Both the position numbers and the translations under genes were made by a program. A stretch of 64,000 nt of DNA from assembly GCA_937873575.1 (NCBI GenBank), contig CALMPK010000336.1:26624-90623 (forward strand), written 5' to 3'. This stretch comes from an uncultured Hyphomicrobiaceae bacterium. GTDB lineage: Bacteria; Pseudomonadota; Alphaproteobacteria; Rhizobiales; Hyphomicrobiaceae. Under the pieces are notes generated by a model. It was not told where the DNA came from and made no database searches. It saw only the letters and a program-made list of their open reading frames with translations. Shown piece after piece: positions 48,476-57,313 of this stretch; positions within the stretch are counted from its first letter, which is position 1, and each line of letters begins with the position of its first letter.

Positions 48476-50323
48476 ATGTCTTCGATGCCGGATTTCGAGA
48501 AGCCGCGATGGCTGCGCGATCTCGTTCGCTTCCTGCCGCTGAAGAGTCAGTTCGTACTCTCCGGCAATGTGCGAGACCTGCAGATCTCATGCAACGCAAC
48601 CGGCGCAACCGCGCCCGTGCCGTTGGAGCACGCACTGCATGTCGAGCTGGCTGCGCAGGGATATGCCGCGACCGTCGTCTACGATCTCGTGTCGGGGTTC
48701 CGCGCGTTCGGTACCAGCGAGGCCGAGATCTCAGCCAGCCGCCAAGTGCTGCAGAGGCTCAACCTGACGCTCGATTCAGCCGGCAACGCGCCCGCAGGCG
48801 CAGCGCTGCTGATGGAGACGCTGGGCCGCTTCATCGCGCTCGACGGCCCGCCGGTGGCGCTCGTCATAGACTTCGCCTCGCGGCTCTTGGTGCGCAACGA
48901 TCTGCCAAGCGAGGCGGAGCAGCGGCTGTTCACGCACGCGCTGGTGCACGCTCACCGCGCCAGCGCCCGGCCCGCAGGGCCCAATCGCACGCCGGCCTTC
49001 AACACCATTCTGTGGGTCGTCGAGCGCGAGGGGAACCTGCCGGACTGGCTGACCATCGACAATCCGCGCGTGCGTTCGATCTCGATCCCGAAGCCCGACC
49101 GCAACGCGCGCGCCGTGCTCGCGCCGTCGCTACTCCGTCACATGCCGCAGGGTTCGGAGCTGGCGCCCGAGGTACTCGCCAAGATCGAGCGCGAGCTCGT
49201 CGACAACACCGAAGGTCTCTTGCTGCTCGACATGACCGCGATCTCGCAGCTCGCGCGCCGCGAGGGCATCGCGGTGATGAAGGTCGCCGACGCCGTGCGC
49301 CACTACAAGATTGGCGTCACCGAGGACCCGTGGGCCAAGATCCCGCGCGACAAGATTCGCGACGGTCACGCGACGATCACCAAGCGGGTGAAGGGTCAGG
49401 ACCACGCCGTGGTGCACCTGCTCGACATCATCAAGCGCGCGGTTACAGGCGTCGGCGGCCAGCGGCGCGGCGGCCGCCCCCGCGGCGTGGCGTTCCTTGC
49501 GGGTCCGACCGGCGTCGGCAAGACCGAGCTCGCCAAGACAGTGACGAGCCTCCTGTTCAACGACGAGACCGCCTACATCCGCTTCGACATGTCTGAGTTC
49601 AGCGCGGAACATGCCGACCAGCGCCTGATCGGCGCGCCCCCGGGCTACATCGGCTACGATGCGGGCGGCGAGCTGACCAATGCGATCCGCGAGCGCCCAT
49701 TCAGCGTCGTGCTGTTCGACGAGATCGAGAAGGCGCACCCGCGCATCCTCGACAAGTTCCTGCAGGTGCTTGACGACGGCGTGCTCACGTCGGGCCGGGG
49801 TGAGCGCGTATACTTCTCCGAGGCACTGATCCTGTTCACGTCCAACCTCGGCATCTACAAGAACGGCGCGGACGGCGAGCGCGTCGCCAACGTGACGGCG
49901 ACCGACGACTACGAGACGGTGCGCGCGAAGGTTCGCACCGAGATCGACCGCCACTTCAAGCAGGTGATCAACCGGCCCGAGTTGCTGAACCGCATGGGCG
50001 AGAACATCATCGTATTCGACTTCATCCGCGAGAATATTGCGCGCGATATCCTCGACGGCATGATCACCGATACGCTGGCGGATCTCGCCCGCGCCGACAT
50101 CGCCGTGACGCTCGAGCCGCAGGCGAGGCAAACGTTGAATGAGCTGTGCCTTGCGGATCTGTCGAATGGCGGACGCGGCATCCGCAATCGCGTCGAGGCG
50201 CATCTCGTCAATCCACTGGCGCGGCTGTTGTTCGAGAGCGGCGCTGGTGCCGGCAGCCGTCTCGCCATCTCGGGCGTCGAGGCCGACAAGGTCACGCGGC
50301 TCGTTGCACGGAGCGCGGCATGA
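48476..50323 (+). CDS. ClpA/ClpB-type AAA+ ATPase (single D2-like module) with uncharacterised ~330-aa N-terminal region
   Basis: Walker A GPTGVGKTELAK, IGAPPGYIGY, Walker B VVLFDEIEKA, sensor FTSN, and a D2-small-like tail (RPELLNRMGENIIVFDF). Confidence 0.8.
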   Translation: MSSMPDFEKPRWLRDLVRFLPLKSQFVLSGNVRDLQISCNATGATAPVPLEHALHVELAAQGYAATVVYDLVSGFRAFGTSEAEISASRQVLQRLNLTLDSAGNAPAGAALLMETLGRFIALDGPPVALVIDFASRLLVRNDLPSEAEQRLFTHALVHAHRASARPAGPNRTPAFNTILWVVEREGNLPDWLTIDNPRVRSISIPKPDRNARAVLAPSLLRHMPQGSELAPEVLAKIERELVDNTEGLLLLDMTAISQLARREGIAVMKVADAVRHYKIGVTEDPWAKIPRDKIRDGHATITKRVKGQDHAVVHLLDIIKRAVTGVGGQRRGGRPRGVAFLAGPTGVGKTELAKTVTSLLFNDETAYIRFDMSEFSAEHADQRLIGAPPGYIGYDAGGELTNAIRERPFSVVLFDEIEKAHPRILDKFLQVLDDGVLTSGRGERVYFSEALILFTSNLGIYKNGADGERVANVTATDDYETVRAKVRTEIDRHFKQVINRPELLNRMGENIIVFDFIRENIARDILDGMITDTLADLARADIAVTLEPQARQTLNELCLADLSNGGRGIRNRVEAHLVNPLARLLFESGAGAGSRLAISGVEADKVTRLVARSAA

Positions 50324-50982
50324 CGAGCATCGCCATCTCGCGTGTCCATTTCCCGGTCACGACGCTGGGGCCGCGCCGACGGCTGGGAATCTGGATGCAG
50401 GGCTGCTCGATCCGCTGCCCGGGCTGCATCTCTGCCGACACGTGGGCGACAGGCCGCGGCGTCGTCGCGCTGCCGCAGCTGTTGTGCCAGATCGCGCCAT
50501 GGCTCGACGAGGCCGAGGGCATCACCATCTCGGGTGGCGAGCCGTTCGACCAGCTGGATGCGCTTGGTGCGTTGCTCACGCAGCTCCGCTCGCGGACGGT
50601 TGCCGACATCCTGGTCTACAGCGGCCATCCCTTTGAGATGATTGCAACTCAGGTTGCGCAAATGGACGGCCAGATAGATGCGCTGATCACGGATCCTTAT
50701 CTCAACGACGCGCCGCAAACGCTGGCACTCCGCGGCAGCGACAATCAACGCCTGCACTGCCTGACAGCATTAGGCGAGGCGCGTTTTGGTGCGCTGCGTA
50801 ATGCGCCAGCGGAGAAGGCAGCACTCGACGTCATGTTCGACGACGACGGCAGCGTCTGGTTCGCCGGCATTCCCGCACGCGACGACTGGGAGCAGCTGCA
50901 GCACCGCCTCGCAAGTTTTAGCACCAAAGTCACGACGAGCATGGATGCCTCCCCGCGAGCCGGGAGGGCGATGGAATCATGA
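50320..50982 (+). CDS. NrdG/PflA-like radical-SAM (4Fe-4S single-cluster) protein
   Basis: GCSIRCPGC (CxxxCxxC, nt 50404-50427) and ITISGGEPF. 220 aa. ATGA overlaps on both sides. Confidence 0.7.
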   Translation: MTSIAISRVHFPVTTLGPRRRLGIWMQGCSIRCPGCISADTWATGRGVVALPQLLCQIAPWLDEAEGITISGGEPFDQLDALGALLTQLRSRTVADILVYSGHPFEMIATQVAQMDGQIDALITDPYLNDAPQTLALRGSDNQRLHCLTALGEARFGALRNAPAEKAALDVMFDDDGSVWFAGIPARDDWEQLQHRLASFSTKVTTSMDASPRAGRAMES

Positions 50983-53900
50983 GCGAGAAACTCTGCCCGA
51001 GCTGTGGCCAGCGACGTCCCGCGAGCGAGGTGTTCTGCGCCAACGACGGCTGGGACCTGACGAGCGTCCCGATTGAGATCGCCGCGACCATTGCCGCACA
51101 GCCAGCGCCTCTGACAGAGGCGCCGCCCGCTGAGCAAAAATGCGTCAACGGGCACGCCGTGCGGCTGGGCGACTTCATGTGCCCGGAATGCGGCGCGGAT
51201 ATTGCGCCGCCGCCCGCTAACGGATTCGGAGAGAGCGAGCAGGCACCCTACGACGCAGGCGAAACAGTTGACGAGAATGCTGCCGGCCCCGCGCCTGCGC
51301 AACAGCCAGAGCCCGAGCTGCCCCGGATTGGCACATGGAGGCTTGCGGCGCGCATCGGCCCGGAGCAGGGCGCAACGGCGACGTGGCAGGTGCATCGCGG
51401 TGACGGCGACGAGCGAACGACGGCGGTGCTGGTTCATTACCCCCGCGGACTGCGACCCGATCCAGCGGTCGCCGCGGCAGCACAAGCACTGGCACCTCGC
51501 GTTTCTAATGTGATCGAGCGCGGCGAGCACGACGACCGCCCGTTTGAGGTCTATGAGACCGCCGGCCGCCGCACACTCCGTGAAGCGATGCAGCAGGACA
51601 TTGCGGCAGATCGCCTCCGCGCGCAGGTTACCTCCATCGCCGCCCTACTCGGCGAGATGGCTCGCGTCGGTTTGCGGCATCGAGACCTCCGGCCCGAAGC
51701 CATTCTCGTCGATGACAGCGAAAGCGCCAGCGTAAGTATCTGCCGGCTCGCTGTTGCCCGCCTGTCGACGCACGATCTCGATACGGCGCCGCTGCCGGAG
51801 ATCACGCGCTATACGGCGCCGGAGATGCTGGCCGGCGCGGTAACGCCGGCATCGGACTGGTGGAGCCTCGGCATCATCGTACTCGAGATCGCCACGCGCG
51901 GCGCGGCGTTCGAGGGCATCGACGACCAAGCGTTCCTGATGCACGTCGTCGCGCGCGGCGTCGAGATCCCCGAGGGCGTGCCCACCGACATCAAGCCGCT
52001 ATTGCAGGGCCTGCTCGCCAAAGATCGCGACGAACGCTGGCAGGCAGACGAGGTCGAGGCGTGGCTCGCAGGCAAGCCCGTCGCACTCCCGCAAGTCCCA
52101 GTGAGCAGCACTGCGACGGCGGATGCACTCGATGCACTCACTCTCTCGGGCCGTGCCTATCGCAGCGTGTCGGCCTATGCGCTCGCTGCCGCGCGCAAGG
52201 ACAGCTGGCAGGAGGCACGCGAGCAGCTGATCAGCGGGCGCTTGCCGCTGTGGCTCGAAGGCTTTTCGACGGGCGAGCGCATGCGTGCGGGCGTTCGCAA
52301 CGTCGTTCGCCGCGACGAGCTCGACGACGACACCAAGCTCGGTCTCGCGCTGAAGCAGCTCAATCCGGACATGCCGCTGGTGCGCGCCGGCGAGATCGTA
52401 ACGGCGGCTTGGCTGCTGCAGCATCCGGAGGAAGGCCATGCGCTAATTACCGGCCCGGCGCCGGAGCTCCTGCAGCACGGCGCCGAGGGCTGGCTCGTCC
52501 GTCTGAAGCAGCGTGCCGCCGAGGTGCGTCGACGACTAAAGGCGCAGGAGATCGAAGTTGACGATGCGAGCCTGCGCATCAATCTGCTCTCGACCTCAAC
52601 GCGCCAACTCGCCCAGATGTGGGACGAACAGCGCCGCATGCTGCCCGACAGCGAGCATCGCGGCTTAGCAGCGCTGATGGAGCGCGGCACACTGCGCGAG
52701 GAAGAGCTGATCATCCTGCTGTCGGCGGCGAAAGGCCAGTTCGTGCCGCTGACCGAGGCTGTCGCGGTTGCCTCGCAACTGGCGCGCCGCGAGGGGATCA
52801 CGACGTTCGATGAAGGCTCGGCTAGCGAACTGCTGCAGTTGCCACGGCGCGAGATCCTGGAGCGCGTTAACGCTTGCGTCGAGGGCTTTGCGCGCTCAGG
52901 CCACGAGCGCATCGACCAGTGGATCGACCAGTACCGGCTCGAGCGCCGCATCCCGCTCTCCCGCGCGGTCGTAGTGCTGTCACTGCCCGCGAGTGCGTGG
53001 ACCAAGCCGCCGCGCCAGGACTACGTGGCGCGCCTGCTCTGCCATTTCGAGAAGAGGATCGGCACGTCCGTCTCGCGCGGTGCGCTCGCCCGCATGACGA
53101 TCACCAAGAGCAGCGCGCGCATCGACCTGAGCGAGCTCGGCACGCGGCGCAATCGCGCCACGGCGCTGCTCGATCACATTCTCGAGCGTACCGATGCCCC
53201 CGTCGACGTCGACCCGGCAGCGTTTGACGCCACGCCGCAACTCGAGCAGCGTCTGCGCCGGCTCGTACGCGATGCCGACCTGCAACGGCGTGAGACCGGC
53301 ATCAATGGCCTCTACCTCGGCTTCCCGTTCGTGCTGATGCGGCCACGCGGTGAGGAGACCAAGCCACGCATCGCGCCAGTGCTGTTGTGGCCGGTCTCGA
53401 TCCACGCCGAGGTCGGCCAACGCGCCCGCTTTCGCCTCGCGTTCGATCGCGACCGCGAGGAGGTTCGGCTCAATCCCGCGCTGCAAAACATGCTCGCGCC
53501 TGACGCGCTTGAGAAGTGGGACGCGGCGCGCGATCAGGTGCTGGCCGGCACCGCGACGGGAACAGCCGTGATGGACGAGCTGCGCATGCTCGCAGACAAG
53601 GTGCGCGTGGCTAGCTTGTGCCCGCTGCCGGGTGCGGACACAAAAGTGGCCTCGGATAAGATCGAGCTGACGTCGGCGGCCGTGCTGTTCCACGTCACGT
53701 TCGTGGGCCAAGCGATCGTCAACGATATCCATCAGCTGCAATCGATCCCGCCGGCCGGTTCCGGCCTGGAGACCCTGATGCGCAGCGGCGCGGAGCAGAA
53801 CAGGCTCTCCGCAGATGACACATCGTCGGCGACCGAGGTCGACCGCTACGTCACCGCCGACAGCGATCCGGCGCAGGACCGCGCCGTTGCGCGTGCACGT

Positions 53901-55304
53901 CTCGGCCCCGGGCTCGTGATCGAGGGGCCGCCCGGAACCGGTAAGAGCCAGACCATCGTCAATCTCGTCGCCGACGCGATCGGGCGCAAGTCGAGCCTGC
54001 TGATCGTGTGCCAGAAGCAGGCGGCACTCGACGTCGTGTACAAGCGCCTCGAGCGCGAAGGGCTCGGCGAGCGCATCGCGATGGTGACGGACCCGACCAA
54101 GGACCGTCGCGCGTTGCTGGAGCAAATCCGCAACCAGCTCGACCACTTGCGGGCGAACGGACGTAACGGGCCGACATGGCAGCGTCAGCGTGCCGCGGTC
54201 GTCGAGCGCATCTCCCGCCTTGAGGCGCAGCTCAACGCGCGTCACGACGCGCAACGCCGTCGCGACGATGCCTCGGGCCGCACCTATCGCGAGACGCTGT
54301 CCGAGCTGATCGAGATCGAGGCAGACGGCGCGCTTTCAGATTTTGTGGCACTGCGCAGCCTGCTCGCCTCGACAAGTGCCGAGGAGGCCGATGCGGTCGC
54401 CGAGCAGTGCGGCGCACTCGCGTCGCTGTGGCACTCCGCCCGCTACGAGAACAACGCACTGCATGCGCTGAAGCCCTTCGGCATCGAGCCGGGCACGGTC
54501 GAGCGCTGCTTACGCGACATTGAGGCGTTCGTCGTGGCAGAGCGGCGTCGCATCGAGGTGATCGACAAGCGCAGCCTGAGCATCGAGGTCCCCGATGCAG
54601 CCGCGCTGGGGTTGTGGGCCACACAGAATGCGCCGAGCCTCGCCAAGCTCAGCAAGGCCGAATGCGACGAGCTTGGGCGCTTCGTCGCTGCTTTCGAGCA
54701 GACAGGGGGCAGAAGCACCATCGACACACTGGCCGGCATCCGCAGCGAGTTGGCCGAGGTGCGCGAGCCGCGAATCGATCCGCGAATGGCCACGTTACTG
54801 ATCGATCAAGGCGATCTCGAGCTCGACGGCTGGATCGCGCTCGCGGCCGACGCATTGAAGCCGCGCGGATGGCTTGCGCGCCTTCTGGGTGGCGGCAAGA
54901 CGGCACGCCGCAAGCTGGAAGCGCTGCTCGCGCCGATCAGCCCCGTCGTCGGCGATCCGGTGATGCAAGCGTTTCTCGACGCGGCGAGCCACGAGCGCGT
55001 GCTGCGAGGCTACAAGGCACGGCTTGACGATGCGCGGCGGTCGGTCGGCGGGGACAGTGGCGGGGGGGGGGGGGCCCCCCCAGAGGTGTTCGGGGGCGGG
55101 CTTTTTTCCGGGGACGGAACCCCCGCCGCGGCGCCGGGGGGGGGGGGGGGGGCTGCATGCGACGTTTGCGTGGGCGCCCTGCCGCAGGCAAGCGATGGCC
55201 GCGGCATTGAAGGGAACGCCCGATGCGCTGGCGACGCTTTTCGACGCGATCACGCGGGCGCTGGCACACGACAGCGCGCAACGTGCGAGCCTCGGCGCGC
55301 TTGA
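50979..55304 (+). CDS. Giant protein, part 1: double Zn-ribbon, kinase-like domain, DUF4011-like region and SF1 helicase motif I; frame lost in the homopolymer segment near 55.06-55.15 kb
   Basis: CPSCG...FCAND and KCVNGH...CPECG ribbons. HRDLRPE (51678), YTAPE, DWWSLG. GLYLGFPFVLMRP...APVLLWPV. GPPGTGKSQT. The last roughly 80 codons of this ORF are Gly-rich read-out of G/C runs and are not credible protein. Confidence 0.75.
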   Translation: MSEKLCPSCGQRRPASEVFCANDGWDLTSVPIEIAATIAAQPAPLTEAPPAEQKCVNGHAVRLGDFMCPECGADIAPPPANGFGESEQAPYDAGETVDENAAGPAPAQQPEPELPRIGTWRLAARIGPEQGATATWQVHRGDGDERTTAVLVHYPRGLRPDPAVAAAAQALAPRVSNVIERGEHDDRPFEVYETAGRRTLREAMQQDIAADRLRAQVTSIAALLGEMARVGLRHRDLRPEAILVDDSESASVSICRLAVARLSTHDLDTAPLPEITRYTAPEMLAGAVTPASDWWSLGIIVLEIATRGAAFEGIDDQAFLMHVVARGVEIPEGVPTDIKPLLQGLLAKDRDERWQADEVEAWLAGKPVALPQVPVSSTATADALDALTLSGRAYRSVSAYALAAARKDSWQEAREQLISGRLPLWLEGFSTGERMRAGVRNVVRRDELDDDTKLGLALKQLNPDMPLVRAGEIVTAAWLLQHPEEGHALITGPAPELLQHGAEGWLVRLKQRAAEVRRRLKAQEIEVDDASLRINLLSTSTRQLAQMWDEQRRMLPDSEHRGLAALMERGTLREEELIILLSAAKGQFVPLTEAVAVASQLARREGITTFDEGSASELLQLPRREILERVNACVEGFARSGHERIDQWIDQYRLERRIPLSRAVVVLSLPASAWTKPPRQDYVARLLCHFEKRIGTSVSRGALARMTITKSSARIDLSELGTRRNRATALLDHILERTDAPVDVDPAAFDATPQLEQRLRRLVRDADLQRRETGINGLYLGFPFVLMRPRGEETKPRIAPVLLWPVSIHAEVGQRARFRLAFDRDREEVRLNPALQNMLAPDALEKWDAARDQVLAGTATGTAVMDELRMLADKVRVASLCPLPGADTKVASDKIELTSAAVLFHVTFVGQAIVNDIHQLQSIPPAGSGLETLMRSGAEQNRLSADDTSSATEVDRYVTADSDPAQDRAVARARLGPGLVIEGPPGTGKSQTIVNLVADAIGRKSSLLIVCQKQAALDVVYKRLEREGLGERIAMVTDPTKDRRALLEQIRNQLDHLRANGRNGPTWQRQRAAVVERISRLEAQLNARHDAQRRRDDASGRTYRETLSELIEIEADGALSDFVALRSLLASTSAEEADAVAEQCGALASLWHSARYENNALHALKPFGIEPGTVERCLRDIEAFVVAERRRIEVIDKRSLSIEVPDAAALGLWATQNAPSLAKLSKAECDELGRFVAAFEQTGGRSTIDTLAGIRSELAEVREPRIDPRMATLLIDQGDLELDGWIALAADALKPRGWLARLLGGGKTARRKLEALLAPISPVVGDPVMQAFLDAASHERVLRGYKARLDDARRSVGGDSGGGGGAPPEVFGGGLFSGDGTPAAAPGGGGGAACDVCVGALPQASDGRGIEGNARCAGDAFRRDHAGAGTRQRATCEPRRA

Positions 55305-57264
55305 TCAAATCGTGGCGTGGCTCGAGCCCAAGTGGATCGATCGTGCACGCGACCGCATTACCGCCGCGCAGTCGAATGCCGATGCACTGGAACGCCTCGT
55401 CGACTGCCTGCCCGCAATCGAGCCCTTCCAGCGTTTTCGTGCACGGGCGCAGCAGTTGCCGTCGCTCGCGCTGCAGGCATTCGCCGCTCTGCGACCCAAT
55501 GCTGACGAGTTGGACCTCTCGCTAACCACGGACGGCATCAACTTCGTCACACGAATCATCCGGCGCGAGGCACGGCTGGGCTGGAAGCAACGGCTGGAGG
55601 TGGCCGAGCCGATGCTAACCGCCGAGGAAGCCGAGATCTCGTCGTTGGTTCGTTCACTGGCGGAAGCCGAGGAGGAGTTGAAGCGCATCAACCGCGAGGC
55701 GCTTGCCGGCAACATCGAGCCGTCGCGTCTCGGCGACCGCGCGAGTTGGGACGACATCACCCGCTTCACCGGTCCGCGCTCGCGCCGCCTGCGCGAGTTT
55801 CTGCAAATGGGTGCGGAGATCGGCCTGATGGAGCTGAGACCCGTGTGGCTGATGGGCCCTGATGTCGCGAGCCGACTGCTGCCGCTGACGAAGGGGCTGT
55901 TCGAGACGATCGTCTACGACGAGGCATCACAGATGCCGGTAGAGTATGCCCTGCCGACGCTCTATCGCGCACGCACGGTGATCGTCAGCGGTGACGAGAA
56001 GCAGCTGCCTCCTTCGTCGTTCTTCGCCACGCGGACGGCGCGCGAGGACGATGTCGATGAGACGGAAGGCGCGCCGGACGATCTCGACGACGAGCAGCGG
56101 CAGGTAGCCGAGGAGGCATGGAACCGGCGCGAGATCCAGGACTGTCCCAATCTCTTGGAGCTCTCGAAGGGCGTGCTGCCGTCCGAGCAGCTGCAGGTGC
56201 ATTACCGTTCGCAATTCCGCGAGCTGATAACGTTCTCCAACGCCGGCTTTTACGCCGGTACGCTCAACGTTCCCGTGCGCCATCCCGTGGCCGAGGTCGA
56301 TCGGCATCGCCCCCTCGATTTCGTGCATGTCGGTGGCGTCTACGAGAGCCGGACCAATCCATCCGAGGCGGCTCGCGTGGTCGCACTGCTCGAGCAACTC
56401 TGGCTGGCGGATGGTGGCGCGCCGCCGACGACAGGCGTCGTCACCTTCAACCGCGATCAGGCCGACCTGATCGAGCAGCGCCTGGAGCGCCGCGCTGAGG
56501 AGAGCGACGCGTTCCGCCGCGCTCTGATCCGCGAGACGGAGCGGCAGATTAACGGCGAGGACATGGGCTTTTTCGTCAAGAATGTCGAAAATGTGCAGGG
56601 CGACGAGCGCGACCACATCCTGTTCTCGACGACGTTCGGCCGCAACGCCGCCGGCACGTTCCGCCGCAACTTCGGTGTGCTCGGCCAAAGCGGCGGCGAG
56701 CGCCGGCTCAACGTGGCGATCACACGCGCACGCCAGCGCATCACGATCTTCACCTCGATGCCGATCGGCGAGATCGCAGAAGTGTTGGGCAGCGGCGCAC
56801 GCCCCTCGCAGCCGCGCGACTACCTGCAGCTTTATCTGGCCTATGCCGATGCTGTCTCGAAGGGCGAGCACGAGCACGCCGCGAAGCTTCTCGTGCAGCT
56901 CGGGCGCCGCGGCGGCGAGCGCACACGGGCGAGGACCGAGGTCGCTGGCGACGCGTTCGTCCACTCGGTAGCGGCTGCCATCAAGGACCTCGGCTGGTCT
57001 CCAGTACACGCCGGCGACGACAGCGCGTTCGGCATCGATCTCGCCGTTCCGCACCCCGAGCACGGCGGCTTCGGCATCGGCATCGAGTGTGATGCAGCCG
57101 AGCATCCGCTGCTGGGCCGTGCCTACGCACGAGAGGTTTGGCGGCCGGGCGTTATGCGGCGCTCGCTGCCGGCCATCCACCGTATATCGAGCCGCAACTG
57201 GTATCACCGGCGATCCGACGAGATCGGGCGTCTACGCAAAGCCGTCGAAGCGGCGATGCGGTAG
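55024..57264 (+). CDS. Giant protein, part 2: SF1 helicase motifs II-VI plus C-terminal REase-fold (DUF559/Vsr-like) domain
   Basis: VYDEASQM, SGDEKQLPP, HYRSQ, VVTFNRDQ, VQGDERD, LNVAITRAR, then FGIDLAV...GIGIECD...W. Credible coding begins only after about 55155. Confidence 0.75.
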   Translation: MTMRGGRSAGTVAGGGGPPQRCSGAGFFPGTEPPPRRRGGGGGLHATFAWAPCRRQAMAAALKGTPDALATLFDAITRALAHDSAQRASLGALDQIVAWLEPKWIDRARDRITAAQSNADALERLVDCLPAIEPFQRFRARAQQLPSLALQAFAALRPNADELDLSLTTDGINFVTRIIRREARLGWKQRLEVAEPMLTAEEAEISSLVRSLAEAEEELKRINREALAGNIEPSRLGDRASWDDITRFTGPRSRRLREFLQMGAEIGLMELRPVWLMGPDVASRLLPLTKGLFETIVYDEASQMPVEYALPTLYRARTVIVSGDEKQLPPSSFFATRTAREDDVDETEGAPDDLDDEQRQVAEEAWNRREIQDCPNLLELSKGVLPSEQLQVHYRSQFRELITFSNAGFYAGTLNVPVRHPVAEVDRHRPLDFVHVGGVYESRTNPSEAARVVALLEQLWLADGGAPPTTGVVTFNRDQADLIEQRLERRAEESDAFRRALIRETERQINGEDMGFFVKNVENVQGDERDHILFSTTFGRNAAGTFRRNFGVLGQSGGERRLNVAITRARQRITIFTSMPIGEIAEVLGSGARPSQPRDYLQLYLAYADAVSKGEHEHAAKLLVQLGRRGGERTRARTEVAGDAFVHSVAAAIKDLGWSPVHAGDDSAFGIDLAVPHPEHGGFGIGIECDAAEHPLLGRAYAREVWRPGVMRRSLPAIHRISSRNWYHRRSDEIGRLRKAVEAAMR
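55062..55152 (+). repeat. Homopolymer-dense segment: G13 C7 ... G5 ... T6 ... G4 ... C5 ... G17
   Basis: G run 55062-55074, C run 55075-55081, T6 at 55102-55107, G17 at 55136-55152. It coincides with the frame change between the two halves of the giant gene. Confidence 0.9.
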
Positions 57265-57313
57265 GTGTACGGCACATAGCACAACGCGCGGAGAACGGAG
57301 AAAGGGCCCAGAC

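Noticed and set aside
52980-54254. 424-aa ORF antisense within the giant gene (and the similar 55927-57207 ORF)
   Set aside because: Both are mirror ORFs with artefact composition. The + strand carries ordered helicase motifs.
55062-55152. Whether the G/C runs could be a CRISPR-like or tandem-repeat array
   Set aside because: There is no repeat-spacer periodicity. The segment is a set of unrelated homopolymers inside a coding region.
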